DNA of 35,568 bases, taken from NCBI RefSeq assembly GCF_001194135.2, contig NC_068981.1:70117154-70152721 (forward strand), written 5' to 3'. Under the pieces are notes generated by a model. That model did no database searches. It was not told the DNA's origin and saw only the letters and a program-made list of their open reading frames with translations. Shown here one piece after another: positions 10,560 to 21,621 of this stretch; position 1 is the stretch's first letter, and each line of letters begins with the position of its first letter. The DNA comes from Octopus bimaculoides. Taxonomy: Eukaryota. The position numbers were made by a program, and so were the translations under genes.

Positions 10560-11500
10560 ATTGCATGGATTGAAAAAGAGTAATCACACAACGGTGGAAA
10601 CAGAAACATTCAGATCAATAACAATGTAGAAAATGTGTGCAAGCACATCGAAACCATGATGAAAACGGTTCCGTCACAGAAGACGTCAGCACCCACTTAA
10701 AATATTTTCAGATCTGCTTTTCGTATAAGACCAAAACATCCTGAATAAGCTATGTAAACATTAGAAACGTCAACATAAAGGAGTTAGCGTTTGGGACCAT
10801 ACCAAACTGCTATATTAATGGAAACATATGAACTCCATCTGATCATACAGAGGAAAGTACAACCCGATAGATGAGGAACATGGACGACAAAGAAAGACTA
10901 CGACAAGGATTGTGTCCTGACGAGATGTAAAATGTGATTGAAACTGAAAGGATAAGAAAACAATCAGGAATACGATACTTATAAAGAAATGGAAATAGAA
11001 ACACCTCCAGTACCACAAACCAGAAATTAAATGGTAAATATAAGACGAAGGCCATATAACTTGGCGTATAAAATGTGAAAATGAGGTGGTAGGAGAAAAG
11101 AGAAACTACGAACCACTATGTAAAAAACAATATATAATGGAAAACGCATTTCAAAAGGTAACTAAAATATTTTATATAAAAACCAATGAAATGTCTTCAA
11201 GCTACACAATTACAAGGCGGTATTTATTACAGAAATGTTGATTCCAAGCTAATACCGGCATAATTTTATTAGATGAATCAGGATCTTCCAGGATCAGCTT
11301 TGGATACAAAAATAGATTAACAAGAGGTATGAACAGACACAGCCATACGATAAGGATTAGAAACAATTTACACAGATAAAGAGAAAAATTAAAAAGCCGG
11401 TAGCCAGACTCAGAGAAAACTCTAGAATTGTGGAAACAGAAATCATTTGGACTAGACAAATACTATATAGAACATAAAGTATATAGTGTCTAAATGCACG
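10560..11500 (+). mobile_element. Candidate very old non-LTR retroelement remnant (R4/Dong-like region upstream of RT)
   Basis: Strong A-rich strand bias. QKC*FQAN (11230-11253) and PDSEKTLELWKQ (11404-11439) resemble the QN.LFQ.N and PD.EE...FW..IW blocks I recall from R4/Dong ORFs. No RT core is visible and the boundaries are approximate. Confidence 0.3.
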
Positions 11501-12316
11501 TCAAGGACAAAAACAAGGATTTAAGAAATAGTAAGATGCAGAAGAATGAAATGGACTTCATTCCAACAATTATCTCTTTAGGAAAAAAAAAATACATACG
11601 CATACACAAGTTAGATTTCGTTCATAAAAAACCCAAAACACTATACTGGGTATACAGAAAAAGTGACAGTATATCGTCATGTTATTGGGATCATTTGCAG
11701 GGATAATTCTCCTGACACAACCTGTCAAAATTTTGGGAACCGATTTTGCGACACTACTCCGTCATTTCATTCTTCTCATCAACGGAATAATAACAGACCA
11801 AGAAGCACATATTTTATAAAATACTAATGAATATACATGCATCATGTTAACGTATCACATGTTACCCTTATCATGTCAAGATTATAACTGACTCTAACAA
11901 CACAAATAACAGCTGTGTCACTTACCATTAAAATTACTGAACTGACATAACTTTTAAATAGTAACCACATGCTACATAAACACGAGGACAGAACAACTGG
12001 TTAAGTGAAAGAGAAAAATATACATATTAGCACGAAAGTACGTGCATTATTCAATGCTTTGATGAAAATTGCAAAAGTGTTAGTAAATGTACGGCTTCTT
12101 TTCTTTGTGAAAAACAACTTTGTACATTCAATTTATGCATTTGATAAAAATATGGTTGACATCACATATTTAGTCTGAAGTAACAAAATTATTTTTAATC
12201 TATAACATATTTGCGACTTTATAATTTGTGAATTTAGCGTTTTTTTTTTTACTCTCTCTGACAATATTTTCGACTTATTTTTCAACATTAAAGAATTCTC
12301 TTCGAATTTTCTACTT

Positions 12317-12318
<2 letters not shown>

Positions 12319-12348
<30 letters not shown>

Positions 12349-12549
12349 NNNNNNNNNNNNNNNNNNNNNNNNNNNNNNNNNNNNNNNNNNNNNNNNNNNN
12401 NNNNNNNNNNNNNNNNNNNNNNNNNNNNNNNNNNNNNNNNNNNNNNNNNNNNNNNNNNNNNNNNNNNNNNNNNNNNNNNNNNNNNNNNNNNNNNNNNNNN
12501 NNNNNNNNNNNNNNNNNNNNNNNNNNNNATATATATATATATATATATA
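12319..12549. repeat. (TA)n microsatellite spanning N gap 12349-12528
   Basis: Read directly. Confidence 0.93.
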
Positions 12550-12580
12550 ACTTAAATTATACACTATTATAGATCCATTA

Positions 12581-12773
12581 CAGCCGACCTCAAAAATAGG
12601 TTTTGCACTGGATAATACCTAATCTGATGATTATCCAGTAGCAATCCGTCACCGAGATGAGTGGTACAAATAAGTGAACTCTTTCCATTCTCCCCATGTC
12701 TGAACAGCACAGTTATTAGAAATTTACCTGATTACCTACAATCCTGTTCGAAACTGATTGGAAAGGTCGGCTA
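12581..12773. mobile_element. Candidate 193-bp MITE (TA-flanked, 10-bp TIR, internal hairpin)
   Basis: TA|CAGCCGACCT (12581-12590) ... AGGTCGGCTA|TA (12764-12773) is 9/10 inverted. Internal perfect 10-bp stem 12607-12616 / 12630-12639. Confidence 0.35.
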
Positions 12774-12866
12774 TAATTGACCTATAATACTGTATACATT
12801 GATTAATATACTCTGATAACGAAAATACACGTACCTATATTTTGTAATTTATGGTTTCTTAAAGGA

Positions 12867-12932
12867 ATAGATAGATAAACAGACGGACAGACAGACAGGC
12901 TGAAATAAAGACAGACAGACAGGCAGACAGAC

Positions 12933-12999
<67 letters not shown>

Positions 13000-13017
13000 C
13001 AGATAGATAGATAGATA
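12867..13017. repeat. (GACA)n/(GATA)n tetranucleotide microsatellite
   Basis: Read directly. Confidence 0.96.
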
Positions 13018-14142
13018 ATTTGTCTCATTCATCTTTTGTAAATGTTTAAGTTTTGACTGAAATTTTTGTGTTTTTATTCCGATGACTAAAGCTTGTATTA
13101 GCCGATGTGTGGACCGTTCAAGTTACTTGCTTGAGCTACAAGAGATGTCACCTACGCATTGAAAATATATACGACCGCGAAAGAATTTGCTTCACTGTAT
13201 AACATGATTGTATCTACATGTTCGTAGAAAAAGAGTTGATACATTTCAGGGATGTTATGCCCGTGAATGACAGTAAAATCTAGTAATTGAATAATTTTTA
13301 TATCGCTGAATGTACTTCACTAAGTTTGTCTTATCCGAGTTTTTTTTTCAGCTAGAATACAGTCATAAAAATATTTGTATTAAAATTACATACTATAACA
13401 ATTCTTATATATAACAATTATATGTTTGTATGCATTTATCGAACATTTAAAGCCCATCCAAGGTAGGTTATTAATTCATAGATGCAGTGACTGATATTTC
13501 AGATAAAATTAGTCGCATTGTTTGTATATGAAACTTCGAAGTAAACTCATGTCAAAATAAATCTCGATCTTAATCTATGTATGTGACTGTGAGAGAAAGT
13601 GCTTGTATGTGTGCGCGTGTGTGTGTGCGCGCGCGTCTGTGTGTCTGCATATCTGGGTGTGTACATGAGTGAGTCATTGTGACGTAGGGAAGATTTCATT
13701 TCAATCAAGTTCTTATGAAAACAAACAATTAGAAGATTAACAATGGAGGTCTTATTTTCAACATAATACTAAGTAACCATATGGGAAAGTTCATCCCCAA
13801 AATATACAAAGTGTTTGTTACGCTCAGATGAAATTAACTAGGAGATAACTTAAAATCTGTAATCAGGTCATGGTAATATTATCAGTAATTATGTAATTTC
13901 AATGATTCTTTGTGCTGGCCATAAAGAAAATACTACATCAATATATAACGCCCCTATACACTATCTCATATAAAGTATAAACAAAAAAGGTATAGGAATA
14001 CTGAAGAAGCTGGGAAGGTTTTTTCATCGAAATGAAGCGTAAAACATTTAAAAGTTATGATGCCATAAAAAGACGCTTAAACTCGAGCGGTAATCTGCTC
14101 ACTCTCACACATACTCACAAATTTACAATATCACGTATGTAA

Positions 14143-14197
14143 GCGTGCGCACACACACACACATATGTAAATAATATATACATATACTATATATATA

Positions 14198-14262
<65 letters not shown>

Positions 14263-14265
14263 AAG

Positions 14266-14296
<31 letters not shown>

Positions 14297-14335
14297 TGTG
14301 TGCGTGCGTACGTTTGTGTGTATATGTGTGTGTAG
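14143..14335. repeat. Compound (CA)n, (TA)n, (CT)n, (TG)n microsatellite
   Basis: Read directly; pure CT run at ~14202-14259. Confidence 0.95.
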
Positions 14336-15791
14336 GTATATTTATATATGATGTGTACATTTGTGAAAATATTCTGTTTCCACTCCATTCAATAAAGTCG
14401 TTTCATACAACAAATGACTGAAAAAATGTAAATTAACATCAAGGTGATAATAAATCTTACGACTGAAGACACATGATCTATGAAGCATTGTTAATTATCA
14501 ATGATTTATGTATCACTTTAGGAATTATGATATTAATAGGCAGCACACGGCAATTAAATCCGCCAAATGATTGTAAGATAATAGCTATGGCATTCTACTT
14601 GAAATACAATTGAAATATATTAAAATATATTACTTGGCTACAACTAACAGCTTTACAATGTTCAATTATATGATGGTAATTGACGTTAAATTTATACATT
14701 TGTTTCTTTTTGTAATTCATTCTTAATCGATATGAGAAATAACTCTAATGAAGAAATGTCCAAAACAAATGAAACTGGTAAAGGGCATATTGACTAGAAC
14801 ACTTCACAGAATTTAACGAGGTCTGTTTTTAATTACCCTTTCTGAGAAATGTAATTAACGCAGGAGATCCATTAAAGTAATTTTATAATCAACTCGTTCC
14901 TGTTAACTTCCACGTAAAAGATTTCTCCAATTCGCATCATTAAGAAACCTAAAAGAAAAACTTCCTTCGCTCATAGGAATGCTTCTTAACACTAATTCAA
15001 TATATTTCTGTTGAAAGAGGTGTGTCATTTTGAATCAAAATCTTGTACCTTTTCACCCAATACAGTTACAACTAAGCAGCTTTCTCTTTTTTTATCCAGT
15101 TCTATTTCCTACAATTTCCTCGACAAATATAATAATCAAATAAACGTTCCATGATAGGTTCTCCAATATTTTCTGTTAGCATATCTGGTTGAAAGTACGA
15201 GATTTGTATTAAATTACGCATATACATCCGTATAGACGCACACACATATATACATTTCTATACATAAATAACACTCACACACACATACATGCAAATATAC
15301 ATGTTGAAATTCCAATGAAGGAGCTTTTGATCTAGGGTAGAAACGGGCTCTTTCTCTATTGGCAAGAAATTTTTCGAATTTTGTTTTTTTTATCTAATAG
15401 AGATTACGAATTTGGAAAATATTATTTGTTTTTGAAAGTTTAATTTTTCTGAAAGAAATAATGAATGCCCCTACCCCCACCTCGGCTACCCATCAGCTTC
15501 CCGTTTGGGATGAAATGCAAATTTCATGTACGGAAAACATAAGAATGTGAGTAAATTGAGAAAAGAAATAAGGTGGGGTACAAAATGTCATCTTCGTCAT
15601 GCTAGATACAACAGGTAAATGGCAGGATTTCTGAGATAACTTCCTTGTAAATTTAAAAGGAAGATCAGGTTTTGAAATACGCTCATTACAAACAGGAATG
15701 ACAGAATAGGAAGAGATAATTTCCGTAGGATTTGAGCTGTAATTTAGTTCACAGGAAGAAATAACATAATTCATACAGAATTTTAACTCTC

Positions 15792-15864
15792 TGCGTGTAT
15801 GTGTGTGTGTGTGTGTGCGCGCGCGCGCGCGTATGTGTGTGTGTATGTGTGTGTGTGTGTGTGT
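15792..15864. repeat. (TG)n with a central (CG)7; 73 bp of uninterrupted purine-pyrimidine alternation
   Basis: Read directly; (CG)7 at 15818-15831. Confidence 0.95.
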
Positions 15865-16939
15865 CAAAAGAAGTTATTTTTGCATACCTTTCTTAATTCC
15901 AATTAATTAGTGGAAGTTTTGACTCAATGACAGCATAAGATCTCCGTACGTTATAATGAGAATATCAAAGAGAGAGATAATGCCTAATTCTCCCTTTCTC
16001 TCCCGCTTTCCCCTTCTCTTTGTGCGGTCTTTCTTTCACCTTCACTCATAGAAAATAAGTATTAAATTCGTGTCGGATTTCTTTCGCTTTCAACTATAGA
16101 ACATACATAGGGTATGAAACATCAGGGTGTGTCTCTCAGCCGCTATCCGTCTTTCAACTTCTATAAAAACTGGTTCACTATCTCTGTTTCTTTCTCTTGT
16201 CTCTTTGTCTTTTTCTCATTCTGCGTTCCTCTCGGTCATTCCGTAAAAATTTATTTCTTTATGCTTTGGAGGGAGCAGAAATTGAAATTAAAGTGAAAGT
16301 GAAAGTGAAAAGAGGAGAGTTAAAGCAGAAAGTGGAAGATGTATGTATGTGTATATGGAATGGACGTGTGTGTGTTTGTGTGTGTGTGAGTGTGTGTATG
16401 TGCGGGAGAGAGAGAGAGAGAAAGCGAGATAGAGAAGGTGTGTATCGTGATGATGGATATCTTCTACGGTCCACACTCATAGAGAAAATGTGACGTCGTC
16501 GCCGTCGTATAAGATGTTTACGATAGTTGATTTATGGAAAACATTATAACTTGAAATTTTTGTAACTCAAATATGTCAATGAAAATAAAGTATTATTGGT
16601 AGTGGAAATAGTACTGAACCTTTTGATACCCCATACATGAAAATCGGCAACGCTGTTTTGGAATGCATATGAAATATACGCGCGCACACACACACACACA
16701 CACATACTAACTCTCTCTTATAGATATCGATTCATCAAAGGTTATACTAAGTATTCTACCTGCTGGAAATAAGTGTCAAAACTCTTATTCAAGTCGCCGA
16801 AAGACGAGTTTTTACTGTTAATTCCAGCAAGTAGACATAGTATGTCCTTTGATTAATTTTAATCCTTCAGCTATTTAATGTATTTTTAGGACAGCAATCG
16901 CCTATATTATTGATTCTGTTATTATGATGTTTAATTGAT

Positions 16940-17824
16940 ATACTAGATGCAAAGGTTTAGATAGTAGTTTCTAAAATTGTGCCTCTTGCAATGTTTTAAG
17001 AATGTCACAATGAGTAATTTGTGCATTTTTTCATTCAGATTCTGATTGTATTGGTCATAATCTTCTGCCATATTCGCTCCCGTGTCGTCCAATCTAAAAC
17101 TCACATCAGATATACATTACTCTATGAGTTTCAATGCAGACATAGCAGGAAAATCTCTTCAGAGAATTTATGGGAATGATATAATGAGTGACGAAAGTTG
17201 CAGGAGATTGTTTTCTCGCTTCAAAAGTGGGGACTTGAGTTTGAAAGACGATCCAAAAGAAGAGCGTTCAAAATAGCTTGATTCCGAAGGGCTGAAAAAT
17301 CCAACCGCTACTTGTGGAGAACTTGCAGAACAGTTTAACGTAGCCCATACACCTGCTCTACGCCATCAATTACTGCTAATCTCTTCTGTGATCAATTTCA
17401 TCGCTTGAAAGCTGCTTTGAACAGGATGCGACCCTGCTTAGTCAACAGAAATGGTGTCATCTTCCATAATAATAATGCTCTTCCTCACACAGCTCAACTG
17501 ACCAAAAATCTCTTGGAAGAGCGTTGTTGTGAAATATTGCTTCATCGTCCACACCTGATGAACAATTTTTCAGGGACTACAGATCCATTTGAATGGTCTT
17601 AGATTGACATCAACAGAAGAGGTTGAAAATTAGTTGGATTCATATTTCGCATCAAAACCTGAACAATTTTACAAGCGTAGTATTCATAAGCTTGTTGAGA
17701 GATGGAATGAAGTTCTAGAAAGCAATACAAATTATGTTAACGAATAAATATTGTCTTAATCATGAGCTCTGTCATTTTGTAATAGAGACCTTAAAATCGG
17801 CCCAAAATCTTCGCACCAACCTGA
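16940..17824 (+). mobile_element. mariner element, internally deleted transposase pseudogene
   Basis: N-terminal HTH region (HIRYTLLYEF...RLFSRFKSGDLSLKDDP...TCGELAEQFNV) is joined to LFCDQFHRLKAAL..RP.LVNRNGVIFHNNNALPH and ..DSYFASKPEQFYKRSIHKLVERWNEVLESN. The 3' end aaaatcggcccaaaatcttcgcaccaacctga is mariner-TIR-like. The 5' TIR is only weakly visible near 16940, so the start is approximate. Confidence 0.88.
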
Positions 17825-19988
17825 TGCATGATAAAAAAATTCCATTACTCGAACGTTTAAATTCTGATATATAATTAATATTAGCACTAAGTTTGAAAGC
17901 ATTTTCTGTGTTTTTTTTTTTGTTTTAATAACATGACATTCAATAGAATTTCATCACCAAAGAGTACATTTCGAATCTCAGTCTAATCTACTCCTTTTCC
18001 GAACAATGCCGGTGTACTTTTCAAAAAACATAATTGATTTATACTCCTATTTCTATTTTCTTACACCGGGATGTTTTCTGCTATGTATGTATTTCCTCCA
18101 TATGTATTATAAAAAAATAATTCGATAAATGTTTACCTGGTATTATAACAATCATTCAGTTTGGTTTTTGTTTTTAGTCTTTTCGTCTTTGCCACATCAC
18201 CGTAGATAAATAATAACCTAATGTCACTATTATGTTATTTACAAGTTACAATAACATATTTATAAATTCCGGAGTAATAGAATTCGAATTTGATGCATCT
18301 AATGTTTTGATCTCGGAATGTAGAATTAAATAAGTAAATAAAGATATGAATTTCGTACAACGGACAACTTACATTAACATTTCTCTGTATTTAGTACATT
18401 TAATATCTCATACTACGCACATATCATTATCATTTACTCCAATCGTCGATATTTAAAGTAATTCGTCATTATCACAGTATCCCTGAGTTCACATCGGCTC
18501 ATATTGATTGCCATTATACCCACCACATATAACTTCATTCTTCTCGAGATAACATAAATCCTACGGAAAACATCAAAATAATACTTTGCCTTATCTTAGT
18601 TTATCTATTTTATAGAAACGTAACTTGTTATTTACACAATTTACACTAGCTAAAACTTAGTGGTGCCGATTTATTAAAAAATATTTAATTGAATATGATC
18701 TTGGCATTCAGCCAATTTACAGTATTTCTCTCTATCATAACATTCCAATTTTCCATTGTTTGACTTCGACGTCATCGAAATTTGAATAGGTTATGCAGTT
18801 TAGCCTTAAACGAAGTATTTTGTTCACCTGCTTACTTTTGCTACAATGACTTTATATCTATTTCTGAAGAGTGGTGAGTTTCATTGTTTATACTTCATTT
18901 ATATCAAATATCAGATTATACTGACATAGATATATACTTGGCTAAAGTAATATTTATATTATTGATGGTCTTGTAAATATTAACCCCATCTAAACTAATA
19001 AAAATTATCCAAGCTTGATGAATATATTCTAAGGTCTTTCATTACGCTACACCGTGATTCTTTGAAGCAGGAATGGTGTAAGAGAACAAATGGTTTATTA
19101 TATATATCATGGCAATGATAAGAATGATCTTGTTCGTTTTTGTTGACGTAATAAATCGCCATTTTCAGTTTCATAAGAGTATATTATTAGTGATATAAAT
19201 AATACAAGTTATCTAAAGGTTAAAGCATGAAATGATTGCACTCATCCGTAGACTCACGCATACAAACACCCATGCTCATATAGTAATGCACATATACACA
19301 TTTATGCATATGTGTGTGTATGCGTACATGAAAGTGAGAAAGGGAGAGAGAAAAGGGGATTGAGTCGGGAGTGTGCGCTATATTACAGGCATGGCTATGT
19401 TGGAATTTAACAGATTCAAGAACATTTTATATTTCATTTTCAGAACTTTATATTTAGTTTCGAACATTTCCTAAATACAGCAGTTTATTAACGGTAGAAA
19501 CATTTATTGGTTTGATCATCACAATAAAATTATGCTAACGTCAACAAGTTGTTCGTGGTCTTTACCATAGTTTGCAAAGTATGCAAATAATATTGCAACC
19601 AATAAAAATCGTCGGGTTAGATGTAAAAATTACAGAACGGTTAAGTCTTGGTAGATTTCATTACCTGTATTAGGCATGGTATATACATGTGTTAATTTTG
19701 AGTCTCTATTTTCATATATGGGTTTATTCTAATAATAGGAAGAGTAGGTTTTCCACAAATTTAATTATTTTGTAATGAATAACATTTAAAAACACATCAA
19801 AGAAGGACCGACTACACATATTCAGAAGCTGTGATGACATTCACTAGCAGAGTACTTAAATATATACTTCCTTTGTAGTGTTTTATGTACAGATAATTTT
19901 TCCAAAATTCATTATTCTCTAACAACATAAAGTCTAAAACTAGTTAACCAAAAACATACTTCCGACAACTAATAGAAAACAGAATAAA

Positions 19989-20193
19989 AGGTGGCAAGTT
20001 GGCAGAATCTTTAGAACGCCGTGCAAAATGCTTCCCGGCATTTCGTCCGTCCTTATGGTCAGAGTTCAAATTCCGCTGGGATAGACGTTGCCTGTCATCC
20101 TTTCGCGGTCGGTAAAATAAGACTAAGGTCGATATAAGCGACTTTCCAACCTTCCCCAAATTCGCTGGTCTTGTACCAAAATTTGAAATCAAT
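19989..20193 (+). mobile_element. tRNA-derived SINE, family A, near full length
   Basis: A-box-like TGGCAGAATC (20000-20009) and B-box GTTCAAATTCC (20064-20074). Core gcctgtcatcctttcgcggtcggtaaaataag and tail ttgtaccaaaatttgaaatcaat. Homologous to the inverted copies at 27895-28288. Confidence 0.88.
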
Positions 20194-20619
20194 GTAAAAC
20201 AGAAATATCAAGGTCGACTCTGTAAATCATTATAATACAATATATGAAATAGCATTAGTTAAGAGAAAGGAGATGAATATCTATAGAATTTTTACTAAGA
20301 GCAAATCACAGATATAAAATATATAAAGTAAAACGTGAAATTTAACCACATTTTCTCCAGCGTAGACGATTGTGTCAGTTATATCAGCATTGTCATAATC
20401 ATTTGCGATTTAAGACAACCTTGAACGCAACAAATTATAATTAACATTCTTTTTTCCCCTAGGGGTAAAATGAAGGCGGTCTTGAAACGCTAATAGCTTA
20501 ATAGTTTTAAACTAGCTCTTCTTTCAAAATAAAGATAAAACTCCAATAATGATGTATAGTATGGGCGTAGTATGGATATGATTTCACTCGACTCATCTAT
20601 ATACACATAGATTTTGTTA

Positions 20620-21262
20620 AGGAGCATTGAGAAACTCTGAGAGTGAAGAACAATTCCGTGAAGTCAACACGAGGGAACTGCGACAGTGACTATTTAGACG
20701 ACCATGAACTTAGTAGATACTGCCCTACCGGGACACAGAGGGGAAGACCACCCACCATCACTCCAGCAGTGAAGAAAAGCACCGCCGAGCGCTGGAGTGA
20801 GTGAACCGTACCCACCCAAGATCCTGAGAACCACAATCAGGTGAAAGGAATGACTGCACATGCAATAGAACCACCTTGAAGAACTACATAGTAAAGTTTA
20901 ACAAGAAACCATACATGGAAGTCCAAGGTGCAGCCATTGGTGTCAGTGTAGCTGGTGGGTCAGAAAACGTAAGCATTCCTTTGTAGAACAATGCACAACT
21001 CTTCTACTTTACAGTAGGTATGTAGAGTACATTAATATCATAGTTAAGACCAACTCTAGTAACGGTAATGTAGAAACTGAGAGGAACATAATAGAGAGAA
21101 TCCACTAAAGTATCAAGGTAACTATAGATTACCCCACTGGGCACCCCAACATAGACTCCCCGTCCTTGGTACTGAAAATTTTGATTAGAGACTGTGAACA
21201 ACAGAGTGCAGCTTCTCCACCCCTATTACATGAAACCCATAGCCTCGAAATTTTCATCAAAC
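20620..21262 (+). mobile_element. Penelope-like element (PLE) reverse transcriptase fragment, pseudogenised
   Basis: Motifs in order: RGRPPTIT...ERW, LKNYIVKFNKKPYMEVQGAAIG (20876-20941), LLLYSRYVEYINII (decayed RYVDD, 21016-21030), IH*SIKVTIDYP..HPN..SPSLVLKILI, YYMKPIASK. These match the PLE RT blocks F.FN...Y.Q..G.AMG, RYVDD, DYPS.H..LP.LD and KPM.S. Confidence 0.82.
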
Positions 21263-21291
21263 CGTGTTATACACATTTGTCGAGCTTTTAC

Positions 21292-21620
21292 GATTTTCCG
21301 TTCGCATGCAAATGGTTGCAGGGAGTTTTCTGGCTAACTGGAAGTTAGTTTACCAGTTCTCGGGTGGTTTTACGTGGATCTTTCTCAATGACGGTCTTTA
21401 ATTGACCGTCATCGATGACAGATTGGCGTCCACTACGCTCGCGATCATCAAGGCTCCGGTCTCCATTGCGAAGTCGTTTAAACCATTTTCGAGTTAACTA
21501 CTCATTGGTCATTTCCTCGCCAAAAGTTTCGTTGACGCCACGGGCATTTTCAGCTGCTTAATGTCCTTGCTTGAAGCTGAATTGGAAAATTGTTCGGATA
21601 TCGCGCTTTGACAGTTCCTG
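21292..21620 (-). mobile_element. mariner transposase N-terminal (HTH) fragment
   Basis: Minus-strand translation ELSKRDIRTIFQFSFKQGH*AAENARGVNETFGEEMTNE*LTRKWFKRLRNGDRSLDDRERSGRQSVIDDGQLKTVIEKDPRKTTREL..LPVSQKT..NHLHANGK has the canonical mariner WF.RF..G..SL.D..RSGRP pattern. Confidence 0.9.
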
Positions 21621-21621
21621 G

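Noticed and set aside
10917-10944. CTGACGA...GAAAC hammerhead-like core
   Set aside because: Stem II pairs only 3 bp, and no stem III with a cleavage triplet can be formed.
12624-12754. CTGATGA and a distant CGAAAC as a hammerhead ribozyme
   Set aside because: The bases after CTGATGA do not pair with those before GAAA, and CTGATGA sits inside another hairpin.
15314-15362. ATGA...AAA hairpin as a SECIS element
   Set aside because: The 3' arm lacks the GA needed for the non-Watson-Crick quartet, and there is no adjacent gene.
19989-20080. A-box/B-box sequences as tRNA genes (also 27985-28068 and 35249-35300)
   Set aside because: No cloverleaf, and they continue into SINE core and tail sequence.
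21004-21201. Minus-strand ORF (NQNFQYQGRGVYVGVPSG) as a second, inverted PLE
   Set aside because: The plus strand of the same bases gives collinear PLE motifs (DYP..HPN, YYMKP), so this is an antisense coincidence.
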